A stretch of DNA of 63,602 nt from Octopus bimaculoides (lineage: Eukaryota): NCBI RefSeq assembly GCF_001194135.2, contig NC_068991.1, positions 56,257,786-56,321,387 on the forward strand, read 5' to 3'. Positions 13,465 to 25,255 of the stretch are shown one piece after another. The notes under the pieces are model-generated. The model had not been told where the DNA came from and searched no databases. It saw only the letters and a program-made list of their open reading frames with translations. How positions within the stretch are numbered: the stretch's first letter is position 1; every line of letters begins with the position of its first letter. A program made the translations under genes and the position numbers.

Positions 13465-14359
13465 ATGACACAAATGGACATAAAGACAAACAAAATACAT
13501 ACATGCGTTTATGTATACACGCAGAAGAACAATTTTGAATCAAAATCTGTAAAATACACTCGTTAACAAACTCTATCTGACCTGGAACAGTCTGTAATAT
13601 TGTCTTCCATTGATGCCCACCACCCTTACTTCTTCCCATTATTGTTTTACCATGTTAGAACAATAGTGTGTAGGGTATAGCTGTGTGTGTGTGTGTGTGT
13701 GTGTGTGTTTTTGAATGAATACATATCTGCCTTCATATTTGACACTGCTTGGCAAAACACTGTCTGTATCTATGCCGTTATCTAGCAGTGCAATAAATAG
13801 GTATTGCTGAAATATGTACTGGGTGTGAAGGCTTGTGGCTCAGTGGTTAGGATATTTGGCTTACAGTCATAAGGTCCTGGGTTCAATTCCTGGCTGTGTG
13901 TAGTGTCTTTGAGCAACGCACTTTATTTCCCGTTAAAAACGAGTTGTACCTATATTTCAAAAACCAGCCTTGTCACATTCTGTGTCAATCATCCTGAGAG
14001 CTACATTATGGGTACATGTGTATCAGCCACTTGCACATTAATTTGATAAGCAGGGTGTTCCATGGATTGGATCAACTGGAACTCAACATAACTGGAAGAG
14101 TGTCAGTACAGTGGGGGATGTGACTGACTGAAGCTCTTCAAGGTGGTACTCCAGCAAGAGTACCATATCTATCAAGTGGTGGGTATTAAGTTTGGCATAG
14201 CCCGGGTTAATACTGGTTGAATCCAATCTTAATGCATACTGATCTGGCAATTCCATAGAAGCACATAAAAGAGCAAGATTAGCACTAAATCAGTGGTTCT
14301 TCCCTTGATTACCATTTTATTCTGGTGGACCTGATAGACATTCAGTGTTTAAAAACTAG

Positions 14360-14575
14360 GTGGCGAGGTGGCAAAAACGTTAGCACACCGAGCGAAATGC
14401 TTAGTGGTATTTCGTCTGTCTTTACGTTCTGAGTTCAAATTCTGCCGAGGTTGACTTTGCCTTTCAACGTTTCGGGGTCAATAAATTAAGTACCAGTTGC
14501 GTATTGCGGTTGATCTAATCAACTGGCCTCCTCCCCAAACAATTTCGGGCCTTGTGCCTAGAGTAGAAAAAATGT
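14360..14575 (+). mobile_element. tRNA-derived SINE family D
   Basis: GGCGAGGTGGCAAAAACGTTAGC..GAGTTCAAATTCTGCCGAGGTTGACTTTGCCTTTC..GGGGTC..AAGTACCAGTTG. Copies at ~1095-1290, 23070-23270, tandem 33092-33490 (+) and ~7740-7930, 34080-34270, 38420-38530, 50600-50800 (-). Confidence 0.8.
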
Positions 14576-15062
14576 TTAAAAACTAGTATTATAAGATACT
14601 TCTTTCATAATTCCTATTTTGAATTTTACATGTTCTCTTGTGTAAATTTGCAATAGCACTCTCCCTGAGAGAACATGTTTCAATAACCAGAAACCTGTTA
14701 AACATTGTAAAATATTAGACAAACAACTTAGCTGTTTATTGTTTCTTGCAATAAATACATCCAAATCAAAATTTTTCGGTGGGCTCTTGAAATACTGCTG
14801 TGGATCCCCAATTTACTATTTTGCTTGCTTGGAGCCCACCAAAATCTTATATGGACCCTGGTTGAGAACCACTGCTCTAGCAGGACAAATATGACTGAAG
14901 TGATCAACCATTAGTTTTAATGAGAATTAAATTAAAAGAATTTTGGCATGAGAATGTTTTGTAAAACAATATGTAAGTGAAACTTAGAACATAAAACAGC
15001 TAATAATTATCTCATAAATATGAGACAAAAGAATAGCAACAAGTACAAAGGAATAGCTTTGC

Positions 15063-15103
<41 letters not shown>

Positions 15104-16412
15104 GTTATTGTTATTGCTATTTCAGAGAGTAGTTAAACCAAGAATCCACTTCAAAAGTTTGCAAGAACATAAGAGCTGCTAAGATAAGGAAAACAGAAAA
15201 TGGTTTTTAAAAGGAATTCTAAGAAAATATGAAAAAAATGGAAAGAGAAAAAAAGAGGGTGTGCAGAGTTGAGAGAGAAAGAGAGATGGGGGAAGGGGTG
15301 CATGGAGTTTTGAGTTGTGTATTTTGTGAGTGAGATGGTGTGGAAGTTGTTAGAAGTTACCAGCTTGTGTTGGAAGGAACAAACAATCCAAGCAAAAGAC
15401 AAAGGGAAGAGAAAATAACTGGTATGAAGATGTAGTGACAGATATTTTTCACATGTGTGTCTGTGTGTGTGTGTGAATACTACACATATGGAGAGAGAAA
15501 GAGGATGGAGGAGAGAGAATCAGGGTGGTTAGGTTTGTTTGGAAGGAGGTAGTGTGGTGGTGGTAGTGGTGGTGATAATAGTGGAGAGGTATAGGTGGAT
15601 GGGATCAAAGCAATATCAGACAGTAGTCTGTAGGGCTGCCCAAATGAGCTGATTTTTGTGCCAAACATTTCAACATGTGATACTGCTTACTGTTGGTGGT
15701 CACTGATTAATGGCAAGCACACACACACACACACAGAGTCTGAGAAAACAGTTGGAAAACTTTAAAAAAAAAAAAGCAACCCCCCCCCCCACCAAAAAAA
15801 AAAACAAAGGCTCCATCCCTTCACCCATTTCTAACTCAAGCTGGCTGTTTATTTATTTATTTTTTTCCCTTAGACTTTTCAGAAGATTCTTATTTTCAGT
15901 GAAAACAAGATAAAGAAAAGCTGATTTGAAAGGAAATTTAGCATTTGTCTTTAGTTTAAATTTCTTATTTTTAGTTCAAGTTTCTTTTATGAGAGTTGCC
16001 AGCAGCATTTTTCAAGAATTTTAAATTAGTTCTGCAGGTCTTATTTACAGTTCAAGTTTGGTAAATAAATAAAAAAAAGTAATCATATACACACACACAC
16101 AAAGAGAGAGAGATGGGGTGTTGTATATTTCTCTAAGCTTGAAGTATTGACAGGTGTTGGGAGTGGTCGAATTCCTTACAAAAGGCTTGAAAACCTTTGA
16201 ATTTTTAAATTGTCCCCAGGGAATCATGGCCAGCTGACTAAATAGAAGACTAATTTCCTGCAACTGTGGCCATCACACAACATGGACATTAAGCTATCTT
16301 TAGCAAAAGTCAAAAGATGAATTCAAGTGTTTGATTGTAGAAAAAGATCTTTCAAAAGCAGTTTCGACTGATTTGCTGACATCTTTTACTGCAACCATGC
16401 TGGAGCATCACC

Positions 16413-16619
16413 TTAAACCTTTAGCATTCAAGTTACTCTGTCAAGTGCAATGATTTTTCATTCACATTGTTTTCCATTAATTTTGCATTTATTTTGTGAC
16501 TGTATATGTTTAGAACAGCATTGAAGGATAAGTGTGATAGGCTGGATCTGGCTGGTTAGAACATAAAACAGGTAACATATCTGGACCAGATATGGCTGGT
16601 TTAAATGCTAGGAGGTTAA
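16413..16619. mobile_element. TTAA-flanked piggyBac-like MITE inserted into a family A SINE
   Basis: TTAA-(A)CCTTTAGCATT...AATGCTAGGAGG-TTAA termini; SINE sequence resumes on both sides. Family members at 17037-17266 (inverted), 19863-20088 (inverted), 20085-20295 and 36630-36836. Confidence 0.7.
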
Positions 16620-19607
16620 AGAACTTTAGTCAAATAAATCGACCCCAGTACATTTCTTTAATGCCTGGTACTTATTCTATTGGCATCTTTTGCCGAATTG
16701 CTAAGTCACAGTGATATAAACACACCAATACCAGTTTTCAAATGGTGATGTGGGACAGACAGACACAAAGATACACACACATTGGGCTTCCTTTAGTTTC
16801 TGTCTACCAAATCTACTCACAAGGCTTTGGTCTGCCCAAGGCATCAACCAGTGGGACTGAACCTGGAAACATGTGCTTGGGAAGCAAACTTCTTACCACA
16901 CAGCCACACCTGCAATTCTATTAACTACACAAGAGTCAGTTTACACTCAAGACTGACTTCCAATTAAGAAATAGGACATTAATCCTTTTGACACTTATCT
17001 AAGACTGCTTTTGGTTCAATGATACAAACAACCTGTTTAATCCTTTAGCTTTTAACCTGGCCACAATCAACCCAAAATATTCTACCTATTTGATGCTCAA
17101 GCTGGTCAGGTCTTGTCTCTCACACCTAACCTACAATGTCATTCTAAGAATAAACAATAACCCTCATCAAAATCTGGGAGCTACAAAATAATATATAATG
17201 ATATCGAAACAATGAGAGTAAATCAGCATTTCGCTTGACAGAATAATCTGAATGCAAAAGAGCTAATGTGATTTAAACTGAAACTTGCCTTTAAAATTTC
17301 ATGTTACTCTGTTTCAAATGCCATTTTAATAATGGCAAAGTTATTTTATTTAAATTCTTTATTATTTTCTAAATAAATTAAAAATGGAGGCAGTGTAGTT
17401 TAACAGAAATATGGTAACGGAAAATGAGAAATTAATATAATTTTTAAGGGTCTTTCAGAATTAAGTTTATATTACTGCATCACACACACACAAACTAGAT
17501 GATAAGTAGAAAATAAGTAATGTTTTAAACGTATTAAAGTTTTAATGAATTCATCATAGATTTATGCAGTATCTTTAGAGAATAAACATTGACATTGAGT
17601 TTATCAGTAAAAACTGGAAAGTACACACACACACACACAGAAAATATATACATACACCTGTATGTATTCACATACATATATACACACACACATTTCCTAT
17701 ACACAGCAACACACGCATTCATATACATACATATACAGATATGTAATACACACATGTAAGTTGATAAGCCATATCTTCATCTAAATGATCAAATCAACAT
17801 TCTTAGGCTTACTAATAAGACCAAACAACAGCAACAAGAAGAAGTCCAAGTCCAAATAGCAGTGTATTACTACTACTACCGCCACTACCACCACTACCAC
17901 CAGCAGCAGTAGTAGTAGTAATAGTACATCAGTAGAGATTAGATAAGAGAAAAACAGATCAAATCAGGCTGGAGGTTCATGTTTTAATTTACTGGTTTGG
18001 AAGTGAAAGGCCAACGGAAAAAGTTCTAATAATACATTACTAAATCAATGACTCATACTTCAGACCTCGACCTCCTCTTTAATTCAGCTCTTCTCTCATT
18101 ACAAGTATATATAAACAATTACAATCATGTCTAATCCTATACACTAGATTGATTGCTCTGGCAAGATTTATTATATTATAATGCATTTTCAAAGACTCAT
18201 CAGTTTTTGTGTTCATTCGTGAAACCATATTCCTCAATCATAGCTTTATCTTGTATCATGATCAACTTGAGATTATTTCTTTAATTCGTCCAGTCCTAAC
18301 ATTTCTGTCCACACAAAAACTCTTCCAACCCAAAAGCTACTCTACCAAACACATTGGGTTATCTTATATGAATTTAAATACTGCATTTCTAAGCACGCTG
18401 AATGACATCTGTGATCGTGTCCATCCTGCTCTTGCTTGTCTTGCATGACAGTGGACACCCTTCCCTCTTCATTTCATCTTTAACCTCTCCATCATTGCTT
18501 TATATGCAGAAACCGTTTAAGAAATTTGGTAATTATGCATTTGACATGAACAGGAAGAAATGCAAAGAATTGTGAAGGTCAGTCAGCTCCATCTATCCAT
18601 CCTAATTATGATATTAATGCAAACATGGACTGAAGGCTTAAATTGATGAGAGAAAGGCTTACTTGCCAACATTAGTTATGCATGACATCTGTCTCAAACT
18701 TTAATTATAGCACTGTTACTCAGAGTAGTTATAGCAATGGTGTTTAGAATAGTTTTAGTATTAATAATAGTTATAATACTGATATAAGAGTGCTTATAAT
18801 ACTGGTATTAAGAGTGATTATAGAGGTGATAGGAGAGAAGCAGTAGTACTGATATAAGGACCTTTATCTTCTACCATCTACTTGTTTCCGTTAGTAGACT
18901 GTAGCCATGCCAGAAGAATTTTTTAGCTGAATGAATCGACCCAGGTACTTATTTTTTCTTGAAGCCTGGTACTTATTCTATCAGTCTCTTTTGCTGAACC
19001 ACTAAGTTACAGGACTGTAAACATACCAACACCAGTTGTCATGCAATGGTGGACACTGTCTACCAAATTCCTTCACAAGGCTTTGGTCAGCCAAAGGCTT
19101 TAGTGGAAGACACTTGGCCAAGATTCCATGCAGTGGGACTGAACCCAGAACCATGTGGTTGAGAAGGAACTTCTTACCACACAGCCACAAATGTTTGTAG
19201 GATCAATACTAGAGTAGTCATAAATCTATGGTCAGCTCCATGTCTTAAACTTGTGGCTTTTACCATATTTTAATCCCTGCAGCTACCTGCAACACCTAAA
19301 ATCCGTGATAACAAACCCAAACTTCTTTATTCCTCAACCCGTCTCAATAAATGTCTTGAGTAGGGAGTTTTATGGGAGGGAAGGGACGTCTGTCTGCATT
19401 TTAATTTTAAGAAAGCTTAGTAACCAACAAGGCATGTTTTGAATGAAATACAATTAAATCCTGTTATAAGCAATTCATTTACAGACAACAATAGGGATTA
19501 TTGCAAGTTAGTCATAAAGATAACAGGATTAACTAAATGACATGCAACATTTGAAATTAAAATGAACAGCAAAAATAAAAAAAAGGAGTCATAAAGTGTC
19601 TACTCAC

Positions 19608-19679
19608 AAGTGAAGTTGTTCAAGACTATAATTCTTTCCAAAATATGGCATTTCAGCAAGGTTATTATAACTAAGTTTC
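19608..19679 (-). CDS. LRIG-like: LRR exon C (72 nt) of LRIG-like gene
   Basis: Acceptor ttccttttgttatttctttgcag|G, donor TT|gtgagt. Encodes KLSYNNLAEMPYFGKNYSLEQLH; CT+G = Leu in frame. Resembles LRIG2 KMNYNELTEIPYFGE, and the exon ends on the second L of LxL as I recall for vertebrate LRIG exon 3. Confidence 0.9.
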
Positions 19680-20736
19680 CTGCAAAGAAATAACAAAAGG
19701 AATAAAATTTAAAATATAAAAAAAAGTAGCAGAATTTATTTAAATACATACTGTATATGATGGCATAACCCTACCCCAAGAAAAACATACAGGTATATTA
19801 GATGCACCTTAATTCCAGTAGTGCATATTCAGAGAAAAAGAAAGTTTTTAGTTCATTAACTCATAACCTTTTAAGCATTCGAACTGGCCATACCAGGCCC
19901 AAATATTCATGTTTTGTGTTCAAACTGATCAGATCAGGCCTCTCACAACTATCCTGCAATGTCATTCTAAAAGTAAACAATTATATCATTGAAATCTGAA
20001 ATCTATGAGATGATGCATGAATAATTCAAAACAATTTGAATGAATAAGCACTACATATGATGGAGTAATGTGAATGTTAAAGGGTTAAGCATTCCGATTA
20101 CTGCCAAATGTAATGTTTATTCATTCATATTGTTTTGAATTAATTATGCATTATCCTGGTAGGTTTGAGATTTCAATGATGTGTCTGTTTATCTTTAGGA
20201 TGACATTGTAGGGTAGTTGTGAGTGGCTGGATCTGGATGGTTGTAGCATAAAACATGAATATTTGGGCTGGGCATGGCTGGTTTAAATGTTAAAGCATGT
20301 GATTAGGTCTATCTTAGCATATAGGACATGGGGTGATTTTTTTTGCAACGTTTGTTTAAAACAAAAAAAAGTGTGTCGTGTAAGCCACTAAGTGCGGTAC
20401 TGTGAATATAATAAAATAATTGTAAAGCTGATCGTCCACAATGCATATCAATATGAATGTAGTAGAACTTCAGGACTAAAATGATAATAATAATAATAAT
20501 AAAAAAAAAAAGACAAATTAATAGAAATAGAAATGTTATTTCTTTTTGCGTTTCTTTCTCTTTTGATGATGTCAAAAAAAATTATGTTAAGTGCAAAATT
20601 CTTGAAGTTTTGAGGCAGGTATTAAGAACCTGAATCTTTCAAACAAACTTATTTGAGATGGTGAATCTTAGAGTCTGTATAATGTGAGTAATAACAAAGA
20701 AATATGTAAGCATTGCTCATGAAAACCAGAAAAACG

Positions 20737-21506
20737 AAGTGGTTCTCAACCATTCTTTTGTCTATGGGCTCTTTTGATTCCTATTTTACTCAACTGGACT
20801 CTCATAGCCATTTGACATTTAAAAAAAAAATCCCGTTATATTTTTATAATTAAATGTTATGAGGAATTATATAAAATAAAATTGTAAAAATGTTTTGTGA
20901 ATTGTAGAAGTATAATCAATTGTAGTAAAGATCGTTTGCTAACATAACATGGCAGTCCTGGTTTAGGACTAATGATGCTGTAATTTAGCCCCAGGAGACA
21001 TTGTCTCCAGCTGGCTATACGACACAATCTGTGTCCTTATATTTTCGAACAAGGGAATCTAGCAACCCCAACTCAGCTCAAAACGATATCTGTGTATTGC
21101 GATTTCTGGGTTATTTCCCTTCATCAGCACAGAATAATTGTTCGGCTAGAGGTGGCACTGCCAAATTCCCGTTCAAACTATATAGTTTTCAAAGTGACAA
21201 CTAGTCACTGATTTATAAATTTGAAAATTACTATTACTGTTCGAAAATATAAGGATACATCGTGTCGTATAGCCAGCTGGAGACGATGTCTCCTGGGGCT
21301 AAATTACAGCAACATAAGTCCTAAACCAGGACTGCCATGTTATGTTGGCAAACAATCTTTACTACAAAATACTGTTGCTGAATATCTCATGTTGTGAGAT
21401 TTAAAAATAGTAATTTTCATATTATCAATTGATTGCACATAATTTTTAACAACTAAATCTTATATGGATCCACAAGGGTAATGTGTACCCTGGTTGAGAA
21501 CCACTG
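20737..21506. mobile_element. hAT/Charlie-type MITE containing a long inverted-repeat element
   Basis: Termini (C)AGTGGTTCTCAACC ... GGTTGAGAACCACTG. A related element at 14291-14874 shares the subterminal aaatcttatatgga and hosts a SINE. Confidence 0.65.
20920..21367. repeat. ~130-bp inverted repeat (arms 20920-21050 and 21238-21367)
   Basis: Left ttgtagtaaagatcgtttgctaacataacatggcagtcctggtttaggact..ccccaggagaca..ctggctatacgacac..tccttatattttcgaaca is mirrored on the right with few mismatches. Confidence 0.92.
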
Positions 21507-24500
21507 ACAGAAAGTAAAAGAAACTGATATTGACAATGGAAAAAATGTTGAACTTAAAATTCTCTCAAGACTACATTTCTAACAAGAATATATAAACTGC
21601 CCTACGTTTTGTAGTTTCACAAGCTGCATGGTGACCTCACTAGTGTAGGTGACATGGAAAAAGAAAATGCACCCAGTACATATTGTAAAGTGGCTAGAAT
21701 TAGGAAGGGCATCAAGCTGTAGGAACCATGTAGCACAATGCAATCCTTGGACCAATTGGATCCCGTTAAACCATCTGACCCAGGCTAGCATGGAAAATAT
21801 ATATTAAATGAGGATATGTAAAAGCACCCATTACACTCTTGGAGTGGTTGGTGTTAAGAAGGGCATCCAGCCATAGAAACTATTGCCAAATCAGACTGGA
21901 GTCTGGTACAGCCCCTCAGCTTACCAGCCCTGGTCAAACCGTTCAACCCATGCCAGCATGGACAACGGATGTAAAATGATGATGATGATATATGCATACA
22001 AAGAATTCATAAGATCATTACTGCGTTCTAAATAAATAAATAATTGATGGTGGTGGTGGTCATGGTGATGAGACAGTGAACAGTCAGCGTAGCTAAATCT
22101 CATTAGAAATCAACTAACTTCAGCCAGATGACAACCAATCAAAATCTAGTGACAAATTCATTGAGGCAATATGGTTTATTGGTGAATGTTCATATATGGA
22201 AGCTATCCTCTTGACTAAATCCACATCCTTTGCTGAATTATATCACCGTCATACAAGAGTCATGGTCAAAACTTAGGGTAGAATTTCACAAATGACACAA
22301 AGGAATGACACTTGATTTTGCCATGTCAAGTCAAATCTACAAACTATTTAATTAGAGTTAAAATGGCAAAGGAGAAGGCCAAGATTAGTTTCAGAGATAT
22401 TGGAACTAAGTTAAAACTATGGGAGTAGTTTCAAATGTGAGTGGTGGGAGAGAGTGTATATAATAGTTTCAGCCATTGAACAGTGGCCATGCTGGAGCAT
22501 CAGTTTCAAGGGTTTTTAGTCTATCACTCCGATACATATTCATTCAAATACATATTCTGTTGGTCTTGTTTGCAGAACCATTAAGTTATTTGGATGTAAA
22601 CAAGTAGTGGTGGAAATGGTGGTAGGGTGACAAACACTAACACAAACACACATGACAAGCTTCCACCCAGTTTCCATCTGCCAATTCCCTCACAAGGCAT
22701 TGGCCAACCTGTGGTTATAATAAAATACACTTGCCAAAGTGCCAAGCTGTGTGATTGAACTCAAAACCACATGGTTGCAAAGCAAGCTTCTTGACTTCAC
22801 TACCAATCTGTACCTATTAAATTGCTAAGGTATGCTTTTTTTATACAACACCAATAAGCATAAAGACATACACCATCTTCAGCACAGTTTCCATCTAAAC
22901 AAACTTAACTCATGTGGTTGTGAAGCAATTTCCTTAAATAAATGGAGTATTCCTGCACGTACATATCTGAATTTTTAAAATTCCATTTCTCCCTTTTTTT
23001 ATTAAATGTATTTCTAGAAAGATCTACTTCTTTCTGGTCATTATTTACTATAAGATTAAGGTAATGAACTGGCGGAGTTGTTAGCACAATGGGCAAAATG
23101 CTCAGCAGCATTTTATCTGTCTTGATGATCTGTGTTCAAATTCTGACAAGGTTGACTTTGCCTTTCTTCCTTTATTGGTTGATAAAATGAATACCAGTTG
23201 AGCACTGGGGTCAATGTAATTGACTTACCCCACCCTCGAATTTGCTGGCATTGTGCCAAAATTTGAAACCATTATTAGCTACAAAATTAAACAGCAACTT
23301 TTGTCTTTTTCCATTTATTACCCAACCTTGTGGTCTTGTGTTCAATCCCACAGCATGGCACCTTAGGCAAGTGTTATCTGTTATAGCAGACTAAAGTTTT
23401 GAATGGATTTGGCTGATGGAAACTGAAAGAAGCCTACCATATATATGTGTGTGTGTGTGCATATGCATGTGTGTACCCATGTAAAGACATCACCTGATGT
23501 CTGTAACTGATTATCATCATGATGTGAGTCAAGTTATTTCCAATCTTCCATGAAAAGTATGCCAAGCCATGAGAAAATATTAAACCTGTCTGAAAGCAGG
23601 TGATGGCTGGTGTTAGAAAGGGCATCCAGACATAGAAAATCTGTCTGAAAAAATTCTGTCAGACCCATGCAAGCGTGGAAAAGTGGATGTTATATGATGG
23701 TGATGATAAAAGGATCTTCAAAAATGATCCTTTTTGGAGAAAAAATTCTTATTTTAAATGGATTTTATATAAATAATGAAAATTGCACAGAAAATTGGAC
23801 AGAAAACAGCTCAGTTTCAGTGGGTGACCACCACTAGTAAGCTGAGTCTAGTGATGATACTAAATTCTCATCTATTAACAACTGGAGTAAATGCGCTTCA
23901 TACAGTCATCTGATAACAAGTCGTACACAGTGAGAATGAAGATATTAATAGACCAGCAGAATATACTGATATCCACATAAATCTCAATATTTAGTGACCA
24001 GAAAAGACAAAAAAGAAAAAAAGAAATATACAAACACAAAACAAATACCATAAAAATTTATTGACATACTATATAATACTTTAAACAAAATAATAAAAAA
24101 ATAACATTGAAAAACTGAAGCATTTTATATTAGATTAGATAAATCATGAGAGATGTGAATGTTTCATAATTTAGTTTAATTGGAGGGGAGGGGGAAGACA
24201 AATACAAATGATATTATTCATAAAATTGGTTACAACAACAAAACAACAACAAAACTTTGAACATATTAGTTACTGAATATGATATTTACATAAGTTCGAG
24301 ATAAAAATTAAGAACTACTTCCTAAAATGGATTTCAATAGGTTAGCGAAGGTTAGAAGAATCATGAGAAAGTCATTTATCAATTGGCTATGGCTAATTTC
24401 ATCAATCACAATGCTGTTAAATACTGACACCACAGCTATAACAGCTGAGAATGCGGGAGTTATTGGCATTTTAGAGAATGGTTTTGGTACTTCTGCTAAT

Positions 24501-24789
24501 GCTGAAGCATTCTGGGATATCACGAATTAATAACTTGCAGCACTGTCGCATTTAAAAAAACACTACGACAAAACACTGGAGCTTTTTTTTAATTTGGAAA
24601 TCTTCTGCATTTGATGGCATAAAAGATGCATGGGTGTATTAGATGCACCCTAAGATGCAGCAGTGTACATTCACGAAAAATAAGTTTTTAGTACATTAAA
24701 GCTTGTAAATATAGGCCTAACTTCACATATTGGACCCAGGGTGATTTGAGACGTATTCTGGAAATAAAAAAGTGTTTCTTAGTTGCACT

Positions 24790-25255
24790 ATCTTATGCTA
24801 GAGGACATTGATGGAAACTGTCTGACAAACCAGAAGTTTTTTAAATGCAAATATACAAAGAGAGGCGAGAGAGAGAGAGAGAGAAAAAGAAAAAAGAAGA
24901 GGAAAGAAAGAGAAAAGAGAATGGAACAATGTTAAGAATATTTTGGATCAAACATAAAACTAATGAAGTGCTACAACTTGCAAACAGAAAAAGGTCACTA
25001 CTCTCAACTATTAAAAAAAACAAATGAAGCTAAAATACTTTGGTCACATAGTAAGAGCACTAGGTGTACAAAGGCTATTATGAGAAGTAAAGATAAATTG
25101 CAAATACTTGAGAGGAAGACTTAGGACAAACTGGTTTGATAACATCAAGGACTAAACTACACTACCACAGAGTGATTGTGTAAGAATAGCAGAGAAAAAG
25201 AGCTGAATGGAGATCCTTGATATTGAACTTGCTGAAAGCAGAGGACACCCCAATG
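24790..25255 (+). mobile_element. Decayed RTE-clade LINE 3' ORF end, interrupted by (GA)n/A-rich insert
   Basis: Across frameshifts: MLRIFWIKHKTNEVLQLANRKRSLLSTIK..KLKYFGHIVRA..RGRLRTNWFDNIKD..RIAEKRAEWRSL, the RTE/BovB-type C-terminus. Confidence 0.85.

Noticed and set aside
13258-13639. Minus-strand ORFs containing DLHNRLASYP as a possible next LRIG exon
   Set aside because: No acceptor AG at the required position and no continuing LRR pattern.
16180-16390. LRR-like words on the minus strand (LKDLFLQSNT*; SLLFSQLAMIPWGQFKNSKVF|gtaagg)
   Set aside because: Stop codon, missing conserved Asn, poor acceptor, and a 78-nt phase-0 geometry incompatible with the phase-2 LRR exons.
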